Shown here: piece by piece, positions 1-8,159 of the stretch
How the letters are laid out: each line of letters begins with the position of its first letter
Numbering within the stretch: the stretch's first letter is position 1
Virus record (IMG/VR): IMGVR_UViG_3300028422_000873
Length of the DNA: 64,000 bases
Reading direction: 5' to 3' (one strand)
Source: a virus
Taxonomy: Duplodnaviria; Heunggongvirae; Uroviricota; Caudoviricetes
The notes under the pieces: model-generated
The model's input: the letters and a program-made list of their open reading frames with translations, nothing else
Told to the model about the DNA's origin: nothing
Databases searched by the model: none
Position numbers and translations under genes: made by a program

Positions 1-68
1 CGTACAAACTCGGACAAAGAATCAAAAGAGAGGAGTTTCAATCTGGCGGTACTTGTCTAGAATCTTCT

Positions 69-308
69 ATGAAGGTTATCGCGAAGAAGAGACCAGATCT
101 AAGTATCTTCTTGACCGATGGATATTTCGGTGATGTGAATGTGGAAGATATGGTTGGACGAAACAATAAGTTCCCTCAGACAATCTTTATCATCAGTAAA
201 GATGGAACAATGAATCATCCGTTCAATCAGCATGGTCAAGCAAACGAACGTGAATGGGCAAAATCTGTCAAGATTCCAGGTGGAAGAGACAGAGATGATA
301 GGTGGTAA
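69..308 (+). CDS. hypothetical protein
   Basis: 79-aa ORF with ATG start, in the co-oriented early gene block; no recognisable motif. Confidence 0.35.
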   Translation: MKVIAKKRPDLSIFLTDGYFGDVNVEDMVGRNNKFPQTIFIISKDGTMNHPFNQHGQANEREWAKSVKIPGGRDRDDRW

Positions 309-314
309 TAGTAG

Positions 315-620
315 ATGAGTGATAAGCTTACTAAAGACAGACGAGCGATGATAATCCAGAAAGAGATTCCCGTCGATTTTGAAGTACAGATCGACGAGCA
401 TATTTACTCCTTTAGTCTCAAGGAAGAGATATACTTGAAGTCAGAGGTGGAAAGTAGCGGAAGCATATCAAGTTGGTACAGTACTTTCCACCCCTTCAAG
501 TATACAGATGATGTCGTTTTTATGTTTGATAGTAGAGATGGTCGCTGGAGATACGCGCAAGATGAGATACAGAAAGCTTATAAGAACGCTATAGCTAACA
601 ATGCATTACTTGGAGTTTAA
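315..620 (+). CDS. hypothetical protein; member of a paralog family with 5430..5708 and 5709..5996 (shared IQKAY C-terminal motif)
   Basis: 101-aa ORF; DFEVQIDEHIYSFSLK and IQKAYKNA segments align to the two tandem paralogs at 5.4-6.0 kb. Confidence 0.45.
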   Translation: MSDKLTKDRRAMIIQKEIPVDFEVQIDEHIYSFSLKEEIYLKSEVESSGSISSWYSTFHPFKYTDDVVFMFDSRDGRWRYAQDEIQKAYKNAIANNALLGV

Positions 621-750
621 TAATGCCTAAAGTTATTGTTGCATATCTTTTTGTGAGTACATTATTCAAGTTGAATATAATACCAAATATACCCAAAACT
701 GAATTAGATGCATTCTTTAATAAGCTATATAATTTCTGTTAGGAGGAGAT

Positions 751-939
751 ATGTTTAAGCTTTTATTTATACTTCTGATCATGTTTGTCGCTCTAGCTTT
801 TATTGTTGGAATGGCACTATTATTTCATAAGTTTTTATTTGAACAAGATTTACAAGATACCTTGGATGTTGCTGTGGAAGACGCGCGAAGAGCGCAGACT
901 GAAGAAGAAGCATCCAAGATCAGGGAGAACAAAGAATAA
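751..939 (+). CDS. small membrane protein
   Basis: AGGAGG RBS 6 nt upstream; hydrophobic N-terminal TM segment and charged C-terminus. Confidence 0.45.
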   Translation: MFKLLFILLIMFVALAFIVGMALLFHKFLFEQDLQDTLDVAVEDARRAQTEEEASKIRENKE

Positions 940-957
940 TTTACAAAAGGAGGAAAA

Positions 958-2073
958 ATGACTAAAAGTAAGTTTTTTGCGGGCCTATTAGGTCTGGGAT
1001 GTATTATCGGGGTAATCACATTATTCTGCATGCTCGGTTACACGACCGTAGAAGGTAATCAAAGAGTGATTGTTCAAGACTGGAAAATGGGTGTTAAAGA
1101 TGAGATTCTCACAGACGGAACGCACTTTTACTTTCCGCCAACAACAACCCATCACAAGTATGACATCGGTACAGATAACTTCATCATGGGTAAAGAAGGT
1201 CTATACACCGGTAAGGGTTCTAACTTCGCAGATTTTCCGGCGTTTGAGGTTACCTGTGGTGGTTCTGGCAAAGAGCAACCAGCTACGTTCAGTGTTACAC
1301 TGCAGTACCACATCGATGCAAGTAAGTTGAAGGCATTACATAACACAGCTGGAAAGCAATATAAGGATTTAGTGATTAAACCTGCACTGACTAGGATTAT
1401 CTCGGACATGGCCACAACTAAAACAGTGCTTGATTTCTATTCTGGTGAGGGACGTGTAACACTTCAGAAAGGTATTGAGAAGGCCATTACAGAGCATCCT
1501 AAGTTAGCAGAGACTGGTATTGTAGTAGATACGTTCGTAATCGACGACATCGATCTAGACAACGAGTATGTAGAGCAGATTAGAGGTAGACAGATCGCCG
1601 TACAGAAGAAATTAAAAGCAATTGAAGAAGCTGCTGCTGCTGAAGAAGAAGCTAAAAAGGCAGAGAAACTCGCTGAAGCTGATAAACTAAGAAGAATTGT
1701 GTCTGCTGAGGCTAAAAAACAAGAAGAGATTAAAGCTGCTGAAGCTGCTGCAGCTAAGATTGAGTTAGATGCAAAAGCTAATGCCACTAGAGTTAAAGAA
1801 GCTGCATCTGCTGACAGATATAGAAAAGAACAAGATGCGAAAGGTGCTCTGGCCCTTGGTCTAGCACAGGCTCAAGTCGCTAAAGAGAAAAAGATGTCTA
1901 AGTACGCTGGTGAAGCTGGCCAAAGACAAGCTCAAGTTGAGATGGCACAAGCTAGAGTTGAAATGTTTAAAGGCATGAATCTTAAGGGTATCCTCGATAA
2001 AGACGTAGCCTTAACCATCATCCAAGATGATAGCGGTAAAGGTGTTGAAAAAGTTCTTAACGTATCTAAGTAA
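958..2073 (+). CDS. SPFH/band-7 (prohibitin/HflC-like) domain membrane protein with Ala/Lys/Glu-rich coiled-coil tail
   Basis: AAAGGAGG RBS; N-terminal TM; SPFH-like core; long EEAAAAEEEAKKAEK coiled-coil; followed by terminator hairpin. Confidence 0.55.
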   Translation: MTKSKFFAGLLGLGCIIGVITLFCMLGYTTVEGNQRVIVQDWKMGVKDEILTDGTHFYFPPTTTHHKYDIGTDNFIMGKEGLYTGKGSNFADFPAFEVTCGGSGKEQPATFSVTLQYHIDASKLKALHNTAGKQYKDLVIKPALTRIISDMATTKTVLDFYSGEGRVTLQKGIEKAITEHPKLAETGIVVDTFVIDDIDLDNEYVEQIRGRQIAVQKKLKAIEEAAAAEEEAKKAEKLAEADKLRRIVSAEAKKQEEIKAAEAAAAKIELDAKANATRVKEAASADRYRKEQDAKGALALGLAQAQVAKEKKMSKYAGEAGQRQAQVEMAQARVEMFKGMNLKGILDKDVALTIIQDDSGKGVEKVLNVSK

Positions 2074-2082
2074 TCTAGTAAT

Positions 2083-2109
2083 CCCCGACCTCGGTCGGGG
2101 ATTTTTGTT
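2083..2109 (+). terminator. rho-independent terminator
   Basis: CCCCGACC-TCGG-GGTCGGGG hairpin followed by ATTTTTGTTT, immediately after the stop of 958..2073. Confidence 0.75.
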
Positions 2110-2120
2110 TGAGGTGTTTT

Positions 2121-2426
2121 ATGAGTAAAGATAATAAAGATATACTTATTGTGTCTCTTGGGATGTTATTGTGTTTTGGATTAATATTTTTTATAGCTAT
2201 TAAATTTGAGTGCTCATCCAAGTCTAAAAAAATAAAAAATACTGTACCAAATGATACTATACATAGAGTTATGTTTCGTGTAAGATGTAGGAACAAAGGC
2301 TCAAATGTTTTTGTAAAGCAAATGGTTCCCGATCTAAACAGCATAAAATACGAACCAAATGTAGTCGAATGTAATTTAAGAAAAGTCGAAATAAAATATG
2401 AACCAGTGGAAGAAAACATAAAATAA
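2121..2426 (+). CDS. small membrane protein
   Basis: start at MSKDNKD (GAGG upstream); one TM helix. Confidence 0.4.
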   Translation: MSKDNKDILIVSLGMLLCFGLIFFIAIKFECSSKSKKIKNTVPNDTIHRVMFRVRCRNKGSNVFVKQMVPDLNSIKYEPNVVECNLRKVEIKYEPVEENIK

Positions 2427-2439
2427 TAAAGGTGGTGGT

Positions 2440-2829
2440 ATGAGATATTTAGTATTAGTTGTATTAACTTTATTAATCGGTTGTCAAGAATATGAGTATT
2501 CAAAGTATGAAAAAATCGATGCGACAGTAAAAGGAAAGCAATATACTCCTAGAAAATGTCGCATGGAAACACGAGTATACCATTTTAATAAGAGACCGCA
2601 GTATCGCCTAGAGACTGTATGTTATGGACCATACTACAGAACTCCAATTGTTATTTCTTCTAAGAATACTGTGTTAAGTCACAGCGATAGACACACGTAT
2701 GACCTCTTTGATGAGGGGCAAAATATTAAGGTTAACTGTCGAGATAAGTTCGCCATTAAAAAAGACAAGAATGACAGAACTATCTCGAGAAATTTTGTAA
2801 GAACGGAATGTAGTGTATATGAAAAATAA
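2440..2829 (+). CDS. putative lipoprotein
   Basis: GGTGGTGG RBS; signal peptide with lipobox LLIGC. Confidence 0.45.
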   Translation: MRYLVLVVLTLLIGCQEYEYSKYEKIDATVKGKQYTPRKCRMETRVYHFNKRPQYRLETVCYGPYYRTPIVISSKNTVLSHSDRHTYDLFDEGQNIKVNCRDKFAIKKDKNDRTISRNFVRTECSVYEK

Positions 2830-2959
2830 ATTGAAAATCATGCAATCAATGTTAAAAATATCGTTTTTCTTAATGTTGATTATCGCTGGTTTATCAATGT
2901 TACATAGTGTTGATTATGCCCCTCCGCGCAGGGCCGTTGTTGTGGGCATCAGTGTTACT

Positions 2960-3080
2960 TACGATGCGGTACAGTTTGACAGTGGGATTTTCCTCGTGAA
3001 GAAATCCCAGCCGCATCGTAGGTTGCACTCAATAGTTAGTTGTAGAAGAAAATTTGAAATTGGTTTGTTTTCTTCTAAAG
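2960..3080 (+). ncRNA. candidate structured RNA element (nested stem-loops) overlapping a weak ORF
   Basis: perfect 10-bp outer stem TACGATGCGG(2960-2969)/CCGCATCGTA(3011-3020) enclosing a 7-bp GGGATTT/AAATCCC hairpin; second 10-bp hairpin TAGAAGAAAA(3043-3052)/TTTTCTTCTA(3068-3077). Confidence 0.3.
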
Positions 3081-3107
3081 AATTAGAACCAGAATGTGGA
3101 GTATAGT

Positions 3108-3464
3108 ATGAGTCCATTAACAGGAATTACATTGTTGCTTTTGCTGTGCACAGTTGGATGCGCTTATTACATTTTTCAAGACCAAGTAGACAGACTCATA
3201 AAGGGTATACGCAACGACAGATTTGTAGCACCTACCGCACCAAGACCAACTATACCTAAGACAAGACCCGTCGTAAGAAACGCAATTAAGAGAGCTAATG
3301 ATAGTATTAAGCGCAAGGTTGAAGATCAAACGCGAAGAGCAGAAGAACAACTGAGACGCGCTAGAGAGCTCAACAGAAGAAAAACACGCTTCGATGAGAT
3401 GGATAAGAGTATGAAAGATCTCAACGATATACTAGCTGACCTCTTTGACGATGATTTATTCTAG
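3108..3464 (+). CDS. membrane-anchored basic coiled-coil protein
   Basis: GGAG RBS; N-terminal TM (ITLLLLLCTVGCAYYIF); Arg/Lys-rich tail. Confidence 0.4.
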   Translation: MSPLTGITLLLLLCTVGCAYYIFQDQVDRLIKGIRNDRFVAPTAPRPTIPKTRPVVRNAIKRANDSIKRKVEDQTRRAEEQLRRARELNRRKTRFDEMDKSMKDLNDILADLFDDDLF

Positions 3465-3471
3465 GTGAATT

Positions 3472-3777
3472 ATGACTGAAGATGAATACGGATACTATAT
3501 ATGGATGAATAACTGCAGTGAGTTATGCATCATCTTGGAGAAGAATACTGACGTTAAGTTATATCATATTATGGCTGTCTTGTATAAGCATGGGATAGAT
3601 GAATGCATCAGAAGATATTCTCCGAAGCGCTTAAGAAAGTTCGTGTACTTCATAGAGAGAAATAGAAAATTTAATGTTCTCGCGTTTACTCAAGAAGACG
3701 ATACACGGATAAGCGCAGAGAAACTTGTAAACTTGATTAAGAATCGTCTGGCTGAGAAATTTTTATTGGGAGTATAA
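3472..3777 (+). CDS. hypothetical protein
   Basis: 101-aa ORF; C-terminal LLGV resembles the end of 315..620. Confidence 0.4.
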   Translation: MTEDEYGYYIWMNNCSELCIILEKNTDVKLYHIMAVLYKHGIDECIRRYSPKRLRKFVYFIERNRKFNVLAFTQEDDTRISAEKLVNLIKNRLAEKFLLGV

Positions 3778-3797
3778 TTAACACAGATTGATATTAT

Positions 3798-3883
3798 TGT
3801 GGGGTATGCAAGCGGTCAAAGCAGAGGGTTTCATAAGCCATCGACCTCGGTCTTCGTGGGTTCAAGTCCCACCCTCACAACCA
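3798..3883 (+). tRNA. tRNA-like gene with long variable arm, candidate CAU anticodon loop (TTCATAA), encoded CCA
   Basis: acceptor TGTGGGG/CCTCACA (one G-U); T-arm GTGGG-TTCAAGT-CCCAC; 3-bp D-stem; variable arm of about 14 nt; anticodon stem has one G-A mismatch. Confidence 0.45.
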
Positions 3884-3893
3884 TAGGATATAT

Positions 3894-4328
3894 ATGACAT
3901 TTGATGAATTTAAAGAATTAAAACCAGGCGACTACAGCGGAAAATGTCGCAGTTACGAAGATCTGGTAAGGACATTTACTGATCAAATATTGATACAGGT
4001 AGATGATGATGATTATCAAGGTGATTCAAGACTTCTCGTAACTGATGCACAAGGGCGTTTTGGTATACTGATATTTGGATGGGGTAGCTGTAGCGGATGT
4101 GATGCTTATCAAGCATGTTACTGCTCGGAAGATTATTGGGATTTAAGAAATCGATTAAAAGATAGCACAAGATGGTTTGATACCTCGTTAGAGTGTCTCA
4201 GATTCTTTGATAACCATGATTGGGAAGGTAACTTTTACGGACATCAAAGTGAGACTATAAAATTTGTAAAAATGGGTCAAGATTATTTTGCAGAACTTAT
4301 ATTACTAGGAGAATGTGATGAAAATTAA
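3894..4328 (+). CDS. hypothetical Cys-rich protein
   Basis: 144-aa ORF; CSGCDAYQACYC cluster. Confidence 0.4.
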   Translation: MTFDEFKELKPGDYSGKCRSYEDLVRTFTDQILIQVDDDDYQGDSRLLVTDAQGRFGILIFGWGSCSGCDAYQACYCSEDYWDLRNRLKDSTRWFDTSLECLRFFDNHDWEGNFYGHQSETIKFVKMGQDYFAELILLGECDEN

Positions 4329-4899
4329 TTTGAAAAAAGCAAGAAAACTAGAGGCAAAAATTCTTTCAGCTATTCTCAATGGCAGAGTATCGTTGGAGGC
4401 AAGAGTTAGAGTTCAAGCAGATATCAATGATGTTAAACATAAGATGGGAGAGAGTCGTACTGAAGCAATCAACGCTATCGAAAACGATAAGAAACTAATT
4501 GATCTGAGATTCAAGATCAGAAGAGCAATTGCCGTTGAGAACGAGGCCTCTGGTATTAACATTTTAATTTCCAACAAAGCATGTCTCATGGCACAGAGAG
4601 ACTTATTGAACAACTATAAAAGCGGTAGACCAGCGTTAGACCACGATGAGTTGAGAGACTACCTAGATCAGGCACGTAAAGATCTGGATAAAGAGAATTC
4701 GTACATGCGCAACAACAGTACGCTCATCGATGTAAATGTTTTCGAAGATAGCGATTTTGAAGATCTTAAAGATCAGCACGCACAAGTTATGCGCGACATA
4801 GAGAGTGTCGACGATATGATCGCAGAGAAAAACTATACATCAAAGATTACGCTGGATCAAGCAGATATAGATCTATTGAAGCTTAATAAGCTGATTTAG
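4315..4899 (+). CDS. hypothetical protein
   Basis: 194-aa ORF, 4-codon overlap with upstream gene; coiled-coil rich. Confidence 0.4.
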   Translation: MMKINLKKARKLEAKILSAILNGRVSLEARVRVQADINDVKHKMGESRTEAINAIENDKKLIDLRFKIRRAIAVENEASGINILISNKACLMAQRDLLNNYKSGRPALDHDELRDYLDQARKDLDKENSYMRNNSTLIDVNVFEDSDFEDLKDQHAQVMRDIESVDDMIAEKNYTSKITLDQADIDLLKLNKLI

Positions 4900-5088
4900 A
4901 TCACGAGGTAGCTGTTAAGTGGATAAATGTGAGGAATTACACTTCAATGGATATTTTTTTTCATTGACGAATGGCTAAACTGGTGTTGTCATCCGTATAC
5001 AACAGATTGTTAAAATGTCGCGGACCTCATCACCTTTATGTTCACTGTTTACTGTTCTTTTTTCAAATGTTGTCCTTAGTTTTGAAAT

Positions 5089-5118
5089 TTGACAGTTATC
5101 TCCCCTTAGGGGTAAATT
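5089..5118 (+). promoter_or_regulatory. sigma70-like promoter for the tRNA-Met gene
   Basis: TTGACA (5089-5094), 17/18-nt spacer containing the CCCCTTAGGGG palindrome, then GTAAAT/TAAATT; predicted +1 at about 5125-5127, the tRNA 5' end. Confidence 0.45.
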
Positions 5119-5126
5119 ATATTAGA

Positions 5127-5203
5127 CGCGGAGTGGCGCAGTTGGCTAGCGCGAAGGGTTCATAACCCTTAAGTCGGAGGTTCGAGTCCTCCCTCCGCCT
5201 CCA
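5127..5203 (+). tRNA. tRNA-Met (CAU), initiator-like
   Basis: full cloverleaf; anticodon stem AAGGG/CCCTT carries the three consecutive G-C pairs typical of initiators; loop TTCATAA; T-arm GGAGG-TTCGAGT-CCTCC; C1:C72 mismatch; encoded CCA. Confidence 0.8.
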
Positions 5204-5250
5204 ATACATTAGTATTAGTAACCGACGTTCGTCACAAACACGGAGAATAG

Positions 5251-5391
5251 ATGGCTAAAAACAACGGATTCAAATCAGGTCATGTTAGCAATGGTAAAAA
5301 GGTTACCAGCATTGGTAACTCAGTAAGAAGCAAACCAAAGAACAAACATAAAAGAAAGAGTCATAAGAAATATAGAGGTCAGGGTAGATAA
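5251..5391 (+). CDS. small highly basic protein (46 aa)
   Basis: GGAGAATAG-ATG RBS; MAKNNGFKSGHVSNGKKVTSIGNSVRSKPKNKHKRKSHKKYRGQGR; not in the ORF track (<60 aa). Confidence 0.3.
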   Translation: MAKNNGFKSGHVSNGKKVTSIGNSVRSKPKNKHKRKSHKKYRGQGR

Positions 5392-5429
5392 ACACTACTG
5401 ACACTGCTACGTGAGCAAAAAGAGGATAT

Positions 5430-5708
5430 ATGTTTGAGGGTGTTAAAGATAATAGTGATGTAGGTACGATGCCTATTATGATCTGCATTAAACCAGATAT
5501 AGAGGTAACCCATGATAGAGAGATATATAGAATATCGCTGAAACATCATGTGCTTAATAATAGCAACTGGGGTTCAATTCCGATAATTGTAATGGATGAT
5601 ATCTTATATACATGGGAGGATGATGAGGAGTCATGGATTCCCCTCGATGAGTTCCTACAAAAGGCATACAGGGACTATATAGTTGAGCAGGAGTTATTGG
5701 AGAAATAG
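5430..5708 (+). CDS. hypothetical protein, tandem paralog A
   Basis: 92 aa; C-terminus QKAYRDYIVEQELLEK nearly identical to the downstream paralog. Confidence 0.45.
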   Translation: MFEGVKDNSDVGTMPIMICIKPDIEVTHDREIYRISLKHHVLNNSNWGSIPIIVMDDILYTWEDDEESWIPLDEFLQKAYRDYIVEQELLEK

Positions 5709-5996
5709 ATGGCGACAACAAAGAAGAAAAAAGATCAAACACCGGTATTCTATGCGCACGTGGAGATAGTACCTGAATTAATTGTCGACGATGATGAAGG
5801 TGATACGTGGTATATATCTTTAAAATATAATATTGCAAAAGATGCGGGCGACTTTGACAATAATGCTATATCAGTAATGAATGATAGATTATACTATTGG
5901 AATAACGATGATGAGGGTGGGTGGGTATCCTGTGATGAACCTATACAGAAAGCATACAGAGACTATATTGTTGAACAAGAACTACTGGTAAAGTGA
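5709..5996 (+). CDS. hypothetical protein, tandem paralog B
   Basis: 95 aa; IQKAYRDYIVEQELLVK; starts 1 nt after the stop of paralog A. Confidence 0.45.
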   Translation: MATTKKKKDQTPVFYAHVEIVPELIVDDDEGDTWYISLKYNIAKDAGDFDNNAISVMNDRLYYWNNDDEGGWVSCDEPIQKAYRDYIVEQELLVK

Positions 5997-5997
5997 T

Positions 5998-6480
5998 ATG
6001 GAAACCATCGATATATCTGAGGCTTTCAAGTATCACCTAACAAAATACGGTGCAGACGTATCTCCTTTAGATAATAAAATTAATGATTTAGTCTATGAGT
6101 ACAACGAGTTAACAGATAAAGGTTGGATTCGCAATATTGCAATATCTATATCTATAGCAGCAAGATTCGATGAGAGAAAGGTGAGCACTGATCTAGCGGT
6201 AGATTTTTTATCGAGCAAGATACATCATATATTCACCAACTATAAGATATTCGGATCAATGTTTCCGGGTATTCGTGTTGATCTAGCTATAGTTAGTCCA
6301 GGTAGATCATATGTTGTAGCATTATGGATAACTGTAACACCAGAAGCAGAGAATGCACTTAGGGATAATCGCTTCGTCTGTCCAGAGGGTGGTATACCAA
6401 CCACGATAAGCAACGAAGAGATAAACGAATTCTTATTCAATAAGCAATTTGATAAAGATTTAGAAGGTTTTTTAAAATAA
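5998..6480 (+). CDS. hypothetical protein
   Basis: 160-aa ORF tightly packed after 5709..5996. Confidence 0.4.
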   Translation: METIDISEAFKYHLTKYGADVSPLDNKINDLVYEYNELTDKGWIRNIAISISIAARFDERKVSTDLAVDFLSSKIHHIFTNYKIFGSMFPGIRVDLAIVSPGRSYVVALWITVTPEAENALRDNRFVCPEGGIPTTISNEEINEFLFNKQFDKDLEGFLK

Positions 6481-6784
6481 ATTAAAGGAAAATAATGAAA
6501 GTTACCAATCATTTTATAATAATTTCTATGATCAGATTGAACCTGAAGTTAGAGGTATAGTAAGAAATTTAAGAAATAGGGGTATTAATACTACTTGCTC
6601 TTGTGGACACGAGATGTATATTGAGGGCGTCATAGACGTCGACGAGATTCTTTTAGAAGACGAGGAGAAGTAATGAAATATTATTTCGGGTTGGTTGTTG
6701 TAGTTTTTAGTCTAGCAGCATTCGACATGATGTTTGGAATAGATAGAACTATAGCTAGTATCAAATCATATTGTAGGAGAAAAC

Positions 6785-7471
6785 ATGAAGACAATAGTAA
6801 TAACTGATCCATGTTACACAGATGGCGGCAAGAAAGATATCGACGATCATGGTGATTGGTGCAAGGTAACACTAGAAGTAACAGATGAGTTCTTCGAAGT
6901 TCTAAAACAAAAACCGATAGTAGAGTTCAATCCTGAGGATAACTGGGACGGAGGCACGTACTTCTTCGGTGGTAAATACCCGATCGAATCGTACAAACAA
7001 GTTGGTAATCACTGCAACGATGCTGGCATGACATGCATCGCCGACTATGAGAACATCAAGGGGTTCGATTGGCATGAGTTATGCGATGTCTGGTTTAAAG
7101 CCAGTGCTACTGACGTGACATGTCCTATATGTAATGGAACTGGTAAAAAAGATAAAGTAGAGGAATTCAAAGAGAAATATAGGAAAATCTGTAGTGGCGA
7201 TGAAGAGTTCATGGAGTTATTTGGTAACTGTGATTGTTGTTATGGAAAAGGTGTAACCGAAGGTCGTGATCATAGTGCTACGCTGAACGATTACGGACAT
7301 TTCTTAATGCTTGGAGATACCTTCCTAGGCGACGTTGGAGCAACTGTCTACGCTCACTATAATGATAAGAATGAGATAGACGCTCTTGCATTGGACGTAG
7401 TCGGATATACTTTCAGTTGTGAAGATGAAGAGGAGTACGACGAAGAGTTCGAAGAAGAATGCGAGGAGTAA
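6785..7471 (+). CDS. Cys-rich protein with strongly acidic C-terminal tail
   Basis: AGGAG RBS; CPICNGTGKKDK and CDCCYGKG motifs; tail CEDEEEYDEEFEEECEE. Confidence 0.45.
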   Translation: MKTIVITDPCYTDGGKKDIDDHGDWCKVTLEVTDEFFEVLKQKPIVEFNPEDNWDGGTYFFGGKYPIESYKQVGNHCNDAGMTCIADYENIKGFDWHELCDVWFKASATDVTCPICNGTGKKDKVEEFKEKYRKICSGDEEFMELFGNCDCCYGKGVTEGRDHSATLNDYGHFLMLGDTFLGDVGATVYAHYNDKNEIDALALDVVGYTFSCEDEEEYDEEFEEECEE

Positions 7472-7568
7472 CATGCGAAGACGAAATATGTCTAGAAAAA
7501 AGAAGAAGACTAAGAATGATCTGATGAACCACGCAAGAAGAAGATTCGAGGAGAGATATGGAGAATAA

Positions 7569-7811
7569 TTGACAGAAGAAGAACTCCATGTCTACAATAA
7601 GCTCATAAGAGAGCGCAATGATAGAGTTGCTCTAGTGGAGAAACAGACCAACACGAGGAGTATCTATCTGATAGACGACAAGATATATGCCGTCTACAAT
7701 AATCAGTTGAAGAGTATCTGTACATTCTTGGTCAAGTATATGGTAGACAAGAATCACTGGAAAACTTTAAACGAAGATACAAATAAGGTGAATAATGGGA
7801 GTGATACATAA
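7569..7811 (+). CDS. hypothetical protein
   Basis: 80-aa ORF. Confidence 0.3.
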   Translation: MTEEELHVYNKLIRERNDRVALVEKQTNTRSIYLIDDKIYAVYNNQLKSICTFLVKYMVDKNHWKTLNEDTNKVNNGSDT

Positions 7812-8148
7812 ATTCGTAGCCAGTAAGGGAGAGAAACCAATGTACAAAGCGTTCAATGCTATGGAGTTGACCGACGAAGATTTCAAGAAGATACTGACTT
7901 ATGATGATATTATCTGGGACGATCACAAACGTCTACTAAAGCATAGATGCTGCCCCTTATGGTTAGCAAAGAAGTTCGGTAAATCTGATAAGTTCTACGA
8001 GAGAATCGTGGCCTTCGTTGCGTATCCAAATAGAAAGCATATGATAAGCAAAGGTCTATCAGACTCTGATAATAGAGTAAAAAACTACGTTAGACGAGTC
8101 ATAATGAACGACTTTTTATACATAATCTCCAAGCTAGAGATCTATTAA
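7795..8148 (+). CDS. hypothetical protein
   Basis: 117-aa ORF immediately upstream of rtcB. Confidence 0.4.
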   Translation: MGVIHKFVASKGEKPMYKAFNAMELTDEDFKKILTYDDIIWDDHKRLLKHRCCPLWLAKKFGKSDKFYERIVAFVAYPNRKHMISKGLSDSDNRVKNYVRRVIMNDFLYIISKLEIY

Positions 8149-8159
8149 ACGAGGTAAAT

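Noticed and set aside
99-401. Antisense ORFs (99..401, 825..1031, 1152..1415, 1464..1787, 2075..2503, 3117..3350, 3976..4170, 4413..4613, 5303..5488, 5554..5838, 6240..6512, 8207..8503, 17288..17473, 19289..19564, 19705..19998, 21491..21694, 22468..22770, 24654..24866, 26778..26993)
   Set aside because: Each lies opposite a better-supported, RBS-preceded, tightly packed plus-strand gene in a block that is otherwise strictly co-oriented. They were treated as shadow ORFs.
2813-3106. 97-aa plus-strand ORF
   Set aside because: It is dominated by perfect stem-loop structures and has poor coding character after the first about 35 codons. At most a short N-terminal membrane peptide is real. The rest is reported instead as a structured RNA candidate.
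4971-5165. 64-aa plus-strand ORF
   Set aside because: It overlaps the tRNA-Met gene and its promoter and has no RBS. It is spurious.
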